Positions 20,661 through 30,477 are shown, numbered from the stretch's first letter. The stretch: 64,000 nt of DNA from Escherichia coli (GCF_003334405.1 NZ_QOWM01000012.1), one strand, 5' to 3'. Numbers and translations are program-made. Notes: generated from the sequence alone by a model not told the origin.

Positions 20661-21398
20661 TTACGAGCCGCGCAATAAGCGGTTGCCCGCGTCGCTGATA
20701 TCTTCGGCGGTTTTCATCATCTTGATCTGCGCTTCGAACTGGCGGTTCATGGCGATGGACGACATCATTTCGCTCACCGCCGAGACGTTGCTGCCCTCGA
20801 GAAAACCGCCGCTGACTTTGATATTTTCATCGCGCTGGGCCGGAACGCCGTCCGCCGTTATCAACATCCCTTCAGGATTTTTCGCCAGGTTAGCGACCGG
20901 GATATCCACCAGCTTCAGGCGGTCGATATCCATCGTCGCGGTCACGTCGCCGTCATCGGGCGTCACCGACAGCGTGCCGTCGCTGCCAAACGAAGCAATG
21001 GCATTCGGCGGCAGAATGATCGGGCCGTTATCCCCCAGCACCAGATTGCCGTCGATGGCCAGTTGCCCCTGGTCGTCCTGCTGAATGTTGCCGTTGCGGG
21101 TATACACTTCGTTGCCGTTTTTATCCTGCACCGCAATGTAACCCGCGCCCTGAATCGCCACGTCCAGCGGGCGTTCGGTTTTCTCCGCTACACCCGTGCT
21201 GTCGTTCACGCCGCTGGCCCCTTCCTGCGCCATATAGCGCGTGTCGAAGCCGCCGCCTTTCACCTTGTCGTTGGTTGCCATTGCCATATCGGCGCGAAAA
21301 CCGTTGGTGTTGACGTTCGCCAGGTTGTTGGCGCTAATCTGCTGCTCGTACAGGGTCTGAGAAGCACCGCTCAGGGCGGTATAAATCAGGCGGTCCAT
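20661..21398 (-). CDS. lfgF: proximal rod protein LfgF (FlgF-like)
   Basis: 245 aa; N-term MDRLIYTALSGASQTLYEQQISANNLANVNTNGFRAD. Confidence 0.9.
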   Translation of the reverse strand: MDRLIYTALSGASQTLYEQQISANNLANVNTNGFRADMAMATNDKVKGGGFDTRYMAQEGASGVNDSTGVAEKTERPLDVAIQGAGYIAVQDKNGNEVYTRNGNIQQDDQGQLAIDGNLVLGDNGPIILPPNAIASFGSDGTLSVTPDDGDVTATMDIDRLKLVDIPVANLAKNPEGMLITADGVPAQRDENIKVSGGFLEGSNVSAVSEMMSSIAMNRQFEAQIKMMKTAEDISDAGNRLLRGS

Positions 21399-22600
21399 TA
21401 CATTGCCTGGAACAGCGCGTCATCGAGCTGCGTGCTGGTAGCGATAACTTTGGTGTTGGCCTGATAGTTACGCTGGGCGGTCATCAGGTTGACCAGTTCG
21501 CTGGTGATATCGACGTTAGAGCTTTCGAGCACGCCGGACGACAGCGTACCGCAGGTACCGGAGCCGGGAACGCCAATCAGCGGGGTACCGGATTCCCCGG
21601 TTTGTACCCACGCGGTGCCGCTTACCGCTTCGAGTCCGTTTTCATTCGGGAAAGTCGCCAGCACCACCTGGCCCTGCAACATGCGCTCGCCGTTGCTGTA
21701 GGTAGCGTAAACTTTGCCATCGTCATCGACCTGCACACCGTTCTGAGTCGCGGAAGCGTAGCCGTTGGCGGCGTTGGTGGTGACCGAGAAGTCCGAGCCG
21801 TATTGCGTACAGGTCGAGTAATCGACGGTTAAGTCGATGGGTGCGGCGGCGTCGGTTTGAAATTCAATGGTCTGCGGCGTGGTTGGCGAGGTCAGCTTCC
21901 CGGTGTTCGGGTCGAAGGTTAACGTCGTCGCCGGAACACCAGTCTGCTGCTGACCGTCGAAGGTGTACTGCACTTCCCAGGTGTTATCGCTGGTTTTGGT
22001 GAAGTACTGGCATACCGAATGTTCGTTGCCTAATGAGTCATATACCGTGGTGGTGTAGCTGTCGGTGTACGAGCTGCTGTTGGTCGCATCAAACGGTACG
22101 GTTGTACGGTCGATAGCATCGTCGCTGGCATCGAAGTTGGCGGTAAAAGTCAGGCTGCTGCTGGCCTGCGCCGGGATATTGCCGGTTTTGATCTGGATAT
22201 CGGTGACCGTACCGGTTTGCAGAGTGCCAGTGTCATCGACCGGATAGCCCTGCAAATAAGCGCCCGAGGCGTTGACGATATAGCCGTTTTTGTCGGTTTC
22301 AAACGATCCGGCGCGGGTGTAGGAAATGTTGCCCGCGCTGTCGCAGGTAACAAAAAAGCCGTCGTCGTTAATCGCCAGATCCAGCGCGTTACCGGTGGAG
22401 ACCAGCGAACCGCCGCGCGAAATGCTCTGCGCCGTACCCGCCACGCTGACGCCCATCGCCTGACTTCCGGCATACATAGCTGAAAACTGAGTGGTCATCG
22501 ACTTATAGCCCACCGTTCCGGCGTTGGCGATGTTGTTACTGATCCCGTCCAGTTGTTCGTTAACGGCATTCAGCCCCGTCGCGGCAATTTCATAACTCAT
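21398..22600 (-). CDS. lfgE: hook protein LfgE (FlgE-like)
   Basis: 400 aa; N-term MSYEIAATGLNAVNEQLDGISNNIANAGTVGYK. Confidence 0.9.
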   Translation of the reverse strand: MSYEIAATGLNAVNEQLDGISNNIANAGTVGYKSMTTQFSAMYAGSQAMGVSVAGTAQSISRGGSLVSTGNALDLAINDDGFFVTCDSAGNISYTRAGSFETDKNGYIVNASGAYLQGYPVDDTGTLQTGTVTDIQIKTGNIPAQASSSLTFTANFDASDDAIDRTTVPFDATNSSSYTDSYTTTVYDSLGNEHSVCQYFTKTSDNTWEVQYTFDGQQQTGVPATTLTFDPNTGKLTSPTTPQTIEFQTDAAAPIDLTVDYSTCTQYGSDFSVTTNAANGYASATQNGVQVDDDGKVYATYSNGERMLQGQVVLATFPNENGLEAVSGTAWVQTGESGTPLIGVPGSGTCGTLSSGVLESSNVDITSELVNLMTAQRNYQANTKVIATSTQLDDALFQAM

Positions 22601-22646
22601 TGTGTCTTCCTGTTAATTCAAATTTTGACAGCGTGCCCGTTGTTTT

Positions 22647-22732
22647 GCCGGATGCGGCGTGAACACCTTATCCGGCCTACAAAACAATGCAGTTTCATGT
22701 AGGCCTGATAAGCGAAGCGCATCAGGCAATTT
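22647..22732. repeat. REP pair
   Basis: gccggatgcggcgtgaacaccttatccggcctac ... gtaggcctgataagcgaagcgcatcaggc. Confidence 0.65.
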
Positions 22733-22743
22733 GGCACCGGACA

Positions 22744-23457
22744 TCACGCCACATCACTGTCGGCATCGGGTACGCCAAACTGGCTAATCATGGTGAACGG
22801 CACTTCGCCCACGCCTGCAACGTTGAGCACCGGAGAGCTGCCGTCGAGCGGGATGCGCACATCTTCTACTTCGCCGGAGACTTCAATCGGCACCTCTTCT
22901 TCGCCGGTGTTGGTCACCACCGAAACGTCGTAATCGCCCGGCGGGATGCCGTAATCGGCGGGATCCACCGAGAAATCCACCTGGCCTGGCCCGACGGACG
23001 AACTACCTTGCGGGATCAGCGAGACGGTGTAGTCATCGCCTGCGGCATCGGTAAAGTGGAGATCGGCGGTGGTACAGGCGTCGTCCAGCGTGGCGCGACC
23101 GTTAATGGTCTGGTCGCTGACCTGCAAGGCGGTGGTCTGCACCATAATGTCGTCGCCCACCAGGTTGCCGAGCGCCATCACCTGAATGTTGCTCATCAGC
23201 ACCGCGTTGGTGTTGGCCTGCACGCTCATCTCTTCCATCATCGCCACCTGCGCCATCGACGAAAGCTGGTCGATATATTCGGTGGCGTCGGTTGGGTCGG
23301 TCGGGTCCTGGTTTTGGATCTCGGCGACAAACAGCGTCAGGAAGGTATCGACGGGCGAGCTATCGCTGCTGCTTGTCGTGTCGCTGGCCGCCACATTATT
23401 GCTTTCCGCCGTGGCGGTCGGCTGCGGCGATTGCGCATTCAGCGCCAGGGTATTCAT
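22744..23457 (-). CDS. lfgD: hook capping/scaffold protein LfgD (FlgD-like)
   Basis: 237 aa; conserved FlgD N-terminal segment (DTFLTLFVAEIQNQDPTDPTD). Confidence 0.8.
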   Translation of the reverse strand: MNTLALNAQSPQPTATAESNNVAASDTTSSSDSSPVDTFLTLFVAEIQNQDPTDPTDATEYIDQLSSMAQVAMMEEMSVQANTNAVLMSNIQVMALGNLVGDDIMVQTTALQVSDQTINGRATLDDACTTADLHFTDAAGDDYTVSLIPQGSSSVGPGQVDFSVDPADYGIPPGDYDVSVVTNTGEEEVPIEVSGEVEDVRIPLDGSSPVLNVAGVGEVPFTMISQFGVPDADSDVA

Positions 23458-23888
23458 CAGGCTTCTCCCAGTTTCAGCAAACTTTGCTGCATACTTTTCA
23501 CGTTGTTGAGCACATCGACATTGGTTTCGAAATCGCGCGAAGCCGACATCATGTCCGCCATCTGTTCCACCACGTTGACGTCGGGATACCAGACATCCCC
23601 GTTAGCATCCGCCAGAGGTGAATGCGGTTCATAGCGTTTCACCGCCCCGCCGGTTTGCAGCACGTCCTGCACCTGCACGCTGGCAGCGTCAATGGCATGA
23701 CGATGTGTACCCGCCAGCAAGCTGTGGTGATACACCGCCGCAAACACCGGGCTGCGCGCTTTATACGCCTGCGCCTCGCTACCGGCAGGCGCCTCGGCGT
23801 TCGCCAGGTTACTGGCGACGGTATTCAGGCGAATGGTCTGTGCCGTCATCGCCGAGCCGGAAATCTGATAGATATCAGTAAATGACAT
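23457..23888 (-). CDS. lfgC: rod protein LfgC (FlgC-like), apparently intact
   Basis: 143 aa; N-term MSFTDIYQISGSAMTAQTIRLNTVASNLANAEA. Confidence 0.9.
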   Translation of the reverse strand: MSFTDIYQISGSAMTAQTIRLNTVASNLANAEAPAGSEAQAYKARSPVFAAVYHHSLLAGTHRHAIDAASVQVQDVLQTGGAVKRYEPHSPLADANGDVWYPDVNVVEQMADMMSASRDFETNVDVLNNVKSMQQSLLKLGEA

Positions 23889-23890
23889 GC

Positions 23891-24226
23891 TTATTTCCCT
23901 TCAATGGCCTCTCTGATGCCGCTGATTTGCAGATTCAGAAAGGTCAGACTGCTTTGATAATCCATACTATTTTGTGAAAACCGCGCCTGTTCGCTGTTCA
24001 GCTCCACGGTGTTGCCATCTTCCGACGGCTGCATCGGCACGCGGTACTGGACATCCACCGCCGCGTTATTTGCCCGTTGCATCTCCCTGGCAAAATCAAT
24101 ATCTTTAGCCTTGAAATTTGGCGTATCGACGTTCGCCAGATTCGCAGTCAGTAGCTCGGTCCTCTCAAGACGTAACTTCACTGCCTGCGGATGTACTCCC
24201 AATGCCTGTTGAAAACTGATCCCCAT
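23891..24226 (-). CDS. lfgB: rod protein LfgB (FlgB-like)
   Basis: Start set at MGISFQQALGV (RBS AGGAG upstream); ...LTANLANVDTPNFKAKDIDFAREM aligns to FlgB. Confidence 0.85.
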   Translation of the reverse strand: MGISFQQALGVHPQAVKLRLERTELLTANLANVDTPNFKAKDIDFAREMQRANNAAVDVQYRVPMQPSEDGNTVELNSEQARFSQNSMDYQSSLTFLNLQISGIREAIEGK

Positions 24227-24262
24227 TTCCTGCGTCACTCCTGCTTCAATCCGCATACGCTA

Positions 24263-24278
24263 AGCAATCGCCGTGCCA
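24263..24278 (-). promoter_or_regulatory. sigma-54 (-24/-12) promoter of lfgB operon
   Basis: Coding strand TGGCACGGCGATTGCT: GG-N10-GC with TGGCAC and TTGC elements, ~35 nt upstream of lfgB ATG. Confidence 0.55.
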
Positions 24279-24307
24279 TTTTTTAAGTGACTGATGAGAA
24301 AGGGTTT

Positions 24308-25045
24308 ATGAGTTTTCAATTTTGCAGGCGGAAGTTTTATTTCCTCCTGGCGCTGGCCTTACCGGGCTACGCCGCCGTCCACCCCGTGCAGCACAGCGCG
24401 CGGGAACAAGTCAACGCCCAGGTGCTGAATGCCGCGAGCCAAAAAATTGAATCGCTGGCGCAACAGCGGCAGTGGCATGACTATCACTACACCTTTAAGG
24501 TCTACATTCCCTCGCAGATTGCGACCGCCGCGCCCTGTGCGACTACACCCGGCGTTACGCTCACTTCGCCTGCGGAAATCGCCCTCAACCGGATGAACTT
24601 CACCGTCAGTTGCCCGCAAAGCTGGCAGATGAACGTGGCGGTGCGCCCGGATGTGCTGGTGCCGGTGGTGATGACAAAGTCACTGGTTGCCCGCGATACG
24701 CCGCTCACGGCAAATGATGTGGAGTTGAAGCCCTACAACGTCAGCGCCCAGCGCAGGGAGGTGTTGATGGAACTCGATGACGCGATTGGTTTCAGCAGTA
24801 AACACGCGCTGCAACCAGGCAGGCCAATCACCAAAGAAGAGCTGGTGTCTCCGGTGCTGGTCGGGCGCGATCAGCCGGTGATGATTGTTTACCAGAGCGC
24901 GGGGATCACCGCCTCGATGCCCGGCGTGGCGCTGAAAAATGGTCGCAAAGGCGAGATGGTGAAAGTGCGTAACGCCAGCAGCCAGCGGGTCATCAGCGCG
25001 ATGGTGGCGGAAAGCGGCGTGGTGACAACGGTAAGCGCGGAGTAA
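24308..25045 (+). CDS. lfgA: P-ring assembly chaperone LfgA (FlgA-like)
   Basis: Divergent from lfgB; signal peptide, SAF/FlgA-type C-terminal domain; start set at MSFQFCRR. Confidence 0.75.
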   Translation: MSFQFCRRKFYFLLALALPGYAAVHPVQHSAREQVNAQVLNAASQKIESLAQQRQWHDYHYTFKVYIPSQIATAAPCATTPGVTLTSPAEIALNRMNFTVSCPQSWQMNVAVRPDVLVPVVMTKSLVARDTPLTANDVELKPYNVSAQRREVLMELDDAIGFSSKHALQPGRPITKEELVSPVLVGRDQPVMIVYQSAGITASMPGVALKNGRKGEMVKVRNASSQRVISAMVAESGVVTTVSAE

Positions 25046-25069
25046 TTTGCGCTGGCGATTAAAGTTTTG

Positions 25070-25096
25070 CCGCCTGTTAACCGCTTTACCGGAGTA
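25070..25096 (+). promoter_or_regulatory. possible sigma-28 promoter of lfgMN
   Basis: TAAAGTTT (exact -35 consensus) -N11- AACCGCTT, ~30 nt upstream of lfgM ATG. Confidence 0.35.
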
Positions 25097-25125
25097 ACCC
25101 ACCCAAATACCGAGACGAGGTTGCG

Positions 25126-25404
25126 ATGAAAATCACCCCGACTATGCCAGGCAATCGCCCAACAACCACAACGGCAGGCTCCAGCCAGCCGCGCAAAACC
25201 ACGGCGACCACCACCACGACGCTGAGCGCCGACGACATTACTCAGGCGGGATTGCAGTCTGCCCAGCAAACGCTGAACGACCAGCAAGAGAGCGATATCG
25301 ACAGCAACAAAGTGGCGCAAGTGCAGGCGATGCTGGCGTCCGGCAGCCCGCAAGTGGACACTGAACAGTTAGCCAGCGACATGCTGAGTTTTTTCCAGAA
25401 CTAA
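25126..25404 (+). CDS. lfgM: anti-sigma-28 factor LfgM (FlgM-like)
   Basis: 92 aa, unstructured N-terminus, small acidic protein preceding flgN-like gene. Confidence 0.65.
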   Translation: MKITPTMPGNRPTTTTAGSSQPRKTTATTTTTLSADDITQAGLQSAQQTLNDQQESDIDSNKVAQVQAMLASGSPQVDTEQLASDMLSFFQN

Positions 25405-25416
25405 GAGGCCGATGAA

Positions 25417-25845
25417 GTGAGTATCCGGTTACAACAGGTGAAGGCGTTGTTGCAGGGAATTCGTGACGACGACGCGCTGTATGATTCCCTGCGCGAACGT
25501 CTCCAGCGCCAGCGGATCTGCATGATTCGCCGCGCCAGCGAGGAGTTGCTGGCGGTAAACGATGAGATTACGCATCACTATGAGCAGTTACACAGCCATA
25601 GCCATCAGCGGCATAGCCTGCTGAAAATGCTCGGTGTTAGCGTAAATCGTGACGGTCTGGCGCAGGTGTTTGCCTGGCTTCCGGCGGTACAAAAAGCGGC
25701 AGCACAACAATTGTGGCAACACCTTGAGCAAAAAGCGGAACGCTGCAAAGCCTACAACGATAAAAACGGCGAGTTGTTGATTCGCCAGTATGAATTTATT
25801 CAGTCGTTTTTAGGCAGCGAAGCAGATTTTCTGTATCAGGAATAA
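25417..25845 (+). CDS. lfgN: export chaperone LfgN (FlgN-like)
   Basis: 142-aa helical protein downstream of flgM-like gene. Confidence 0.65.
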   Translation: MSIRLQQVKALLQGIRDDDALYDSLRERLQRQRICMIRRASEELLAVNDEITHHYEQLHSHSHQRHSLLKMLGVSVNRDGLAQVFAWLPAVQKAAAQQLWQHLEQKAERCKAYNDKNGELLIRQYEFIQSFLGSEADFLYQE

Positions 25846-25922
25846 CGACAATACCTTCCCCCATCGCGGAAACGGATTTTCCGCCTGATTGCCAATCCCT
25901 TGTTTTTGACTACAAAAAATCC

Positions 25923-25938
25923 CGGCACGCTTATTGCA
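25923..25938 (+). promoter_or_regulatory. sigma-54 (-24/-12) promoter upstream of unknown gene
   Basis: CGGCACGCTTATTGCA: GG-N10-GC, one mismatch to TGGCACG-N4-TTGCA; ~35 nt upstream of ATG 25973. Confidence 0.5.
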
Positions 25939-25972
25939 CATCCTGCACAGCATTAAAGACTGGAAGCCACCT

Positions 25973-26902
25973 ATGAGTTTTATTGAATGTTACGAACCGG
26001 AATACGTGCGCAATTTTATGACGCAATACCCCGGTTCGCCTTTATACGTCCGCAAGGTGTGGAAAAACGAGATTCGCCTGAGCCTGATGCTGACAGAGCC
26101 AGAAAGCTGCGAAGCGATGCTCAACGATGTCAGGGCCTTTGATTTACAGCTCACCTACCGTCCTGTGGAAGAAAATGCCGCAGAGCTTTCCGCGCGCGAT
26201 GCGATAGTAAACCAGGTGATTTTGAGTACCCTCACGCTCCGTGATTTAACACCAGAACTGTCATTGTATGCCGTCGGTATCCTGCTCTCCCGCGCCAGTA
26301 AAATGCCGGGCAGAGACGGAGATATTCTTGCCCGTTTGACGACGCTGCCGCAGGCGCTGGCCGATCATGCGAAAAAAGGCATCCTACAGGCACAGTTCGC
26401 CCAGCTGCCGCCCGTGCCACAGCTGGTGCGTCACCTGGCCACGTTACTCGGGAGTTTTACGTTTGACTGGTCGATTTTGCCGGAAAGCCCGCGCAAAACT
26501 TCGCTGCCGTTGCAGATGCCTTTGCTGACGCTGCATGACGCTAACAGCGAAGCCCTGTTACAACAGCAGCTTCAGACGCAGTGGCAAACCACCTGGCAAC
26601 AGCATTTTGCCACCGCGCCCTGGATGATGCGTAACTGGCTGATTTACCGCGTTTACCACGATGTGATTGGGCAGACTGACGGGGCGGATTATTTCCCGCT
26701 GGTGTGCGATTTTTATCTCCTCCGCACGTTAATCAGTTTATGGACGCTGGATGGTTCTTCGCTGCGGCAGGAGGATATTTTCGCCCTCTTTGCCATGTTT
26801 GAACGCTGGCGAGCCAGTGAAAATGCGCTGTTGGTTCGCCAGCAAATTCAGTCGTTATGTGCCGCCGACCCGCTGCTTTCAGCGTTTTCGCTGCTAACGT
26901 GA
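25973..26902 (+). CDS. hypothetical protein (309 aa) of the Flag-2 embedded modification module
   Basis: ORF with RBS GGAAG, start MSFIECYEPEY; no motif I can recognise; preceded by sigma-54 promoter. Confidence 0.6.
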   Translation: MSFIECYEPEYVRNFMTQYPGSPLYVRKVWKNEIRLSLMLTEPESCEAMLNDVRAFDLQLTYRPVEENAAELSARDAIVNQVILSTLTLRDLTPELSLYAVGILLSRASKMPGRDGDILARLTTLPQALADHAKKGILQAQFAQLPPVPQLVRHLATLLGSFTFDWSILPESPRKTSLPLQMPLLTLHDANSEALLQQQLQTQWQTTWQQHFATAPWMMRNWLIYRVYHDVIGQTDGADYFPLVCDFYLLRTLISLWTLDGSSLRQEDIFALFAMFERWRASENALLVRQQIQSLCAADPLLSAFSLLT

Positions 26903-26904
26903 GT

Positions 26905-27047
26905 CGCTCTGTGCGCGCTTTGCCCCTCACCCTAACCCTCTCCCCAAAGGGGCGAGGGGACCGATCGAGCACAGTGTTAAAATCGGCGCTGATTTTCTCC
27001 CTCTCCCTGTGGGAGAGGGTTGGGGTGAGGGCATCAGCGCGCACATT
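26905..27047. repeat. ~140-bp GC-rich composite palindromic element (MITE-like)
   Basis: Arm cctcaccctaaccctctcccc (26925-26945) vs gggagagggttggggtgagg (27012-27031) are reverse complements with one mismatch; outer tgtgcgcgc / gcgcgcaca also inverted. Confidence 0.5.
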
Positions 27048-27080
27048 CATCACATTCACCCATTAACTCACCCAAACACC

Positions 27081-29525
27081 ATGCCAACACCAACCATCAT
27101 CAAAACACTCAACACCCACCGCGAAAAACCGTTTGTCAGCGTCGTCACGCCAACCTGGAACCGCGGCGCATTCCTGCCGTACCTGCTCTATATGTACCGC
27201 TATCAGGATTACCCGGCAGACCGCCGCGAACTCATCATCCTCGACGATTCCCCACAAAGCCATCAACACATCATCGACCGCCTGACCAATGGCACGCCGG
27301 AAGCCTTTAACATCCGCTACATCCATCACCCGGAAAAACTGCCGCTGGGCAAAAAACGCAACATGCTCAACGAACTGGCGCGCGGCGAATACATCCTCTG
27401 CATGGACGATGACGACTACTACCCGGCAGATAAAATCTCTTACACCATCGCCATGATGCAAAAACACCGGGCGCTCATCTCCGGCTCCGATCAGATCCCC
27501 ATCTGGTACAGCCACATCAACCGCATCTTTCAAAGCCGCAGCTTTGGCCCGCATAACATCCTCAACGGCACCTTTTGCTATCACCGTAACTACCTGAAAA
27601 AGCACCGTTACGACGATGATTGCAATTTAGGCGAAGAGAAACGTTTCACCGACAATTTCAGCGTAAACCCGCTGCAACTGCCCGGCGAGCGCACGATTCT
27701 GTGTATCTCGCATAGTCAAAACACCTTTGATAAAGATTTTATTCTCGGGGCCAGCACGCCAGTAAACGCGGCGCTTACGGATATCGTCCGCGATCCGCTG
27801 CTGCGCAATGCTTATCTGAGTCTGCATAACGCCACTCATCACCAGGCGATCAACCATCAGGCGATCGATCAGATCGTTCTGCTGAATCTGGATAAACGCC
27901 CGGATCGCTTACAACAGATCCGTGAAGAACTGGCATTGCTGCATATTCCACCTGAGAAGATCACCCGCCTTGCCGCCAGTGAAGATGAAAACGGTCAACG
28001 GGGCCGCCGTCAGTCGCACTTACAGGCGCTGCGCCTGGCGCAACAGCACGGCTGGCAAAACTACCTGCTGCTGGAAGATGACGCGGTTATTCTCAAGCAG
28101 GAGAAACATATTCAGGTACTGAACACGCTGCTGGCGAGCCTGGCGAAAATTCCCTGGCAGGTGATGATCCTCGGTGGCGAAATTTCGCAGGGAACGATGC
28201 TAAAAAGTTTGCCGGGGCTGGTGCACGCGCGGGACTGCCGCAAAGTGTGCGCGTATCTGGTGAACAGCCGCTACTACCCGCAACTGGCGCAGCAGATGAG
28301 CAACGATGAGCACTCGCTGGAAGCCTGCTGGCAGCCGCTGCTACGCGCCGACAAATGGCTGGCCTGTTACCCGAGCCTTTGCTACCAGCGACCGGGTTTT
28401 AGTGATATCGAGAAAAAAACGACTGATAATATTGCTCACTATTTCAATAAGTTACCCGTAGCCACCAAGCCATCTACATTACCCATCGCCGATACCATCG
28501 GCTTTTTTATGGAAACCTCATTCCACTACACGCTGTACCGCCCAATCATCACCGCTCTACAGGCGCAGGGGCAGAGCTGCACACTAGTGATCAATGACCG
28601 CGTGTTTAAACCGTTTCTTGATGAGATGCTGGAAACACTGAAAAACATCGACGATCCGCAGCTTAAAGGTATGCGTCTGTCAGAAATGCAGACACATGGT
28701 CAGCGGGTGAAATGCCTGGTCAGCCCCTACCACACGCCTGCGCTCAATGGCCTGGCGGCGGTGAACATCCGCGCTATGTACGGCTTAGCCAAAGAGACGT
28801 GGAACCACGCCGACTGGAATCGTTTTTACCAAAGCATTTTGTGTTATAGCCACTACAGTCAGCAGGCGCTGGCGCATTTCGGCAGCGCAAAAGTGGTCGG
28901 CAACCCGCGCTTCGACGCCTGGCATAACGGCACGTTCGATCGCGCGTTGCCGGAAAACATCCAATCAGATTACCGTAAACCTACGGTGCTCTATGCCCCA
29001 ACGTTTAGCGCATTAAGCTCCCTGCCCCACTGGGCTGAAAAATTGGGCCGCTTGAGCGGTGATGTGAACCTGATTTGCAAACTGCACCATGGCACCTGCT
29101 CACGCCCGGAAGAAGCAGCATCGCTGGCCCTGGTGCGCAGGCATTTAAAACAGCGCACCGACTCCGCCCGCCACACGCTGGCGCTGCTGGCAAAAGCCGA
29201 TTACGTGCTGACCGATAACAGCGGGTTTATTTTCGATGCTATCCACGTTGATAAGCGGGTGATCCTGCTCGACTTTCCGGGCATGAATGATTTGCTCGAC
29301 GGTGAGAAAAGTTATTCCACGGCAGAGAGCGCCGACCAGCGAATCCGCGAAATATTGCCGGTTGCTCATGATGTTGCAGAACTGCGTTATTTGTTGTCAG
29401 AGGCGTTTGACTGGGGGTCGGTGCAGGCGCGGCTTACGGAGATTCGCCATCACTATTGCGATGCGTTTATGGATGGCAAGGCGGGAGAACGGGCGGCGAT
29501 TGTGATTGTGGAGGCGCTGGGGTAA
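27081..29525 (+). CDS. three-domain glycosyltransferase / glycerophosphotransferase (GT2-like + GT25-like + TagB/TagF-like)
   Basis: N-term GT-A signature VSVVTPTWNR...ILDDSP...CMDDDDYY (DxD); central domain IVLLNLDKRPDRLQQIREEL... resembles family-25 transferases; C-terminal ...VLYAPTFS...KLHHG...VLTDNSGFIFDAIHVDKRVILLD resembles CDP-glycerol glycerophosphotransferases. Confidence 0.8.
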   Translation: MPTPTIIKTLNTHREKPFVSVVTPTWNRGAFLPYLLYMYRYQDYPADRRELIILDDSPQSHQHIIDRLTNGTPEAFNIRYIHHPEKLPLGKKRNMLNELARGEYILCMDDDDYYPADKISYTIAMMQKHRALISGSDQIPIWYSHINRIFQSRSFGPHNILNGTFCYHRNYLKKHRYDDDCNLGEEKRFTDNFSVNPLQLPGERTILCISHSQNTFDKDFILGASTPVNAALTDIVRDPLLRNAYLSLHNATHHQAINHQAIDQIVLLNLDKRPDRLQQIREELALLHIPPEKITRLAASEDENGQRGRRQSHLQALRLAQQHGWQNYLLLEDDAVILKQEKHIQVLNTLLASLAKIPWQVMILGGEISQGTMLKSLPGLVHARDCRKVCAYLVNSRYYPQLAQQMSNDEHSLEACWQPLLRADKWLACYPSLCYQRPGFSDIEKKTTDNIAHYFNKLPVATKPSTLPIADTIGFFMETSFHYTLYRPIITALQAQGQSCTLVINDRVFKPFLDEMLETLKNIDDPQLKGMRLSEMQTHGQRVKCLVSPYHTPALNGLAAVNIRAMYGLAKETWNHADWNRFYQSILCYSHYSQQALAHFGSAKVVGNPRFDAWHNGTFDRALPENIQSDYRKPTVLYAPTFSALSSLPHWAEKLGRLSGDVNLICKLHHGTCSRPEEAASLALVRRHLKQRTDSARHTLALLAKADYVLTDNSGFIFDAIHVDKRVILLDFPGMNDLLDGEKSYSTAESADQRIREILPVAHDVAELRYLLSEAFDWGSVQARLTEIRHHYCDAFMDGKAGERAAIVIVEALG

Positions 29526-29532
29526 ACCGCGC

Positions 29533-29620
<88 letters not shown>

Positions 29621-29642
29621 AATACATCTCTGTTTTAGTACT

Positions 29643-30038
29643 TTATAAAAGCCCTCTAATCACCTCAATAATCCCCGTCGTCGACACCGACGGCGTGCGG
29701 GGGAAATAGACCACCTCACAAATATACGCAAAGCTGTCAAACTTCCCTGCCCAGTCATCCCCCATCACTAAAATATCCGCACTGTACCCGCGCAAATACT
29801 CCGCTTTTTGCTCCAGCGACTCTTCCAGAAATACGCCATCCACGCACGCCAGCCCGGCGATGATCGCCATGCGGTCATCCTGATGGTAAACCGGTGCCCT
29901 GCCCTTTTTGGCGATGTTCAGGGCGTCGGACGATACGCCGACCAGCAGCCGCTCGCCCAATGCGCGGGCGCGTTGTAAAAGGCGCAGATGACCGACATGA
30001 AACACATCGAAGGTGCCGAAGGTGATGACCGTTTTCAT
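29643..30038 (-). CDS. TagD-like cytidylyltransferase (glycerol-3-phosphate cytidylyltransferase family)
   Basis: 131 aa from MKTVITFGTFDVFHVGHLRLL (HxGH) with RTPSVSTTGI motif; ATG lies 2 nt after lfiJ stop (TAG-CC-ATG), RBS GGAG. Confidence 0.8.
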   Translation of the reverse strand: MKTVITFGTFDVFHVGHLRLLQRARALGERLLVGVSSDALNIAKKGRAPVYHQDDRMAIIAGLACVDGVFLEESLEQKAEYLRGYSADILVMGDDWAGKFDSFAYICEVVYFPRTPSVSTTGIIEVIRGLL

Positions 30039-30040
30039 GG

Positions 30041-30475
30041 CTACTCCGCTAATTTGTGCCGCAGCCAGCACTGCACGGCGATGTCGTCCACCGCTTTTTG
30101 CGCTTTCGCCGTGGCGCTTTCTTGTTGCTCGCGGCGTTTGTCGTCCAGCGTCAGGGCGACTACTTTCTCTTCGCACGCCGCCGCCGTGAGGTTTTTCTGC
30201 ATTCGCGTGGCTTTGATATTGGCCAGCGTTTTTTCCTGCTCCTGCCAGGCGATTACCTTGCGCAGGGTGCCTTTGTAGCCGCTGACGTTTTTCAGCGATT
30301 CCACCGACACCGCCGCACCCGCAGATGTTTTCTCGACAAGGTAGCCTAACGCCTTGATATTGTTGTCATAACCCGCGCAAATCTGTTTTTGCTTTGCCAG
30401 CTCGACGGTTTTGTCTTTGACCGATTTATCCCGCAGGCGCTGCAACTGCGCCAGGGTGTCGATGATTTGTCGCAT
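30041..30475 (-). CDS. lfiJ: export apparatus protein LfiJ (FliJ-like)
   Basis: 144-aa coiled-coil protein immediately downstream of fliI-like gene. Confidence 0.7.
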   Translation of the reverse strand: MRQIIDTLAQLQRLRDKSVKDKTVELAKQKQICAGYDNNIKALGYLVEKTSAGAAVSVESLKNVSGYKGTLRKVIAWQEQEKTLANIKATRMQKNLTAAACEEKVVALTLDDKRREQQESATAKAQKAVDDIAVQCWLRHKLAE

Positions 30476-30477
30476 AG

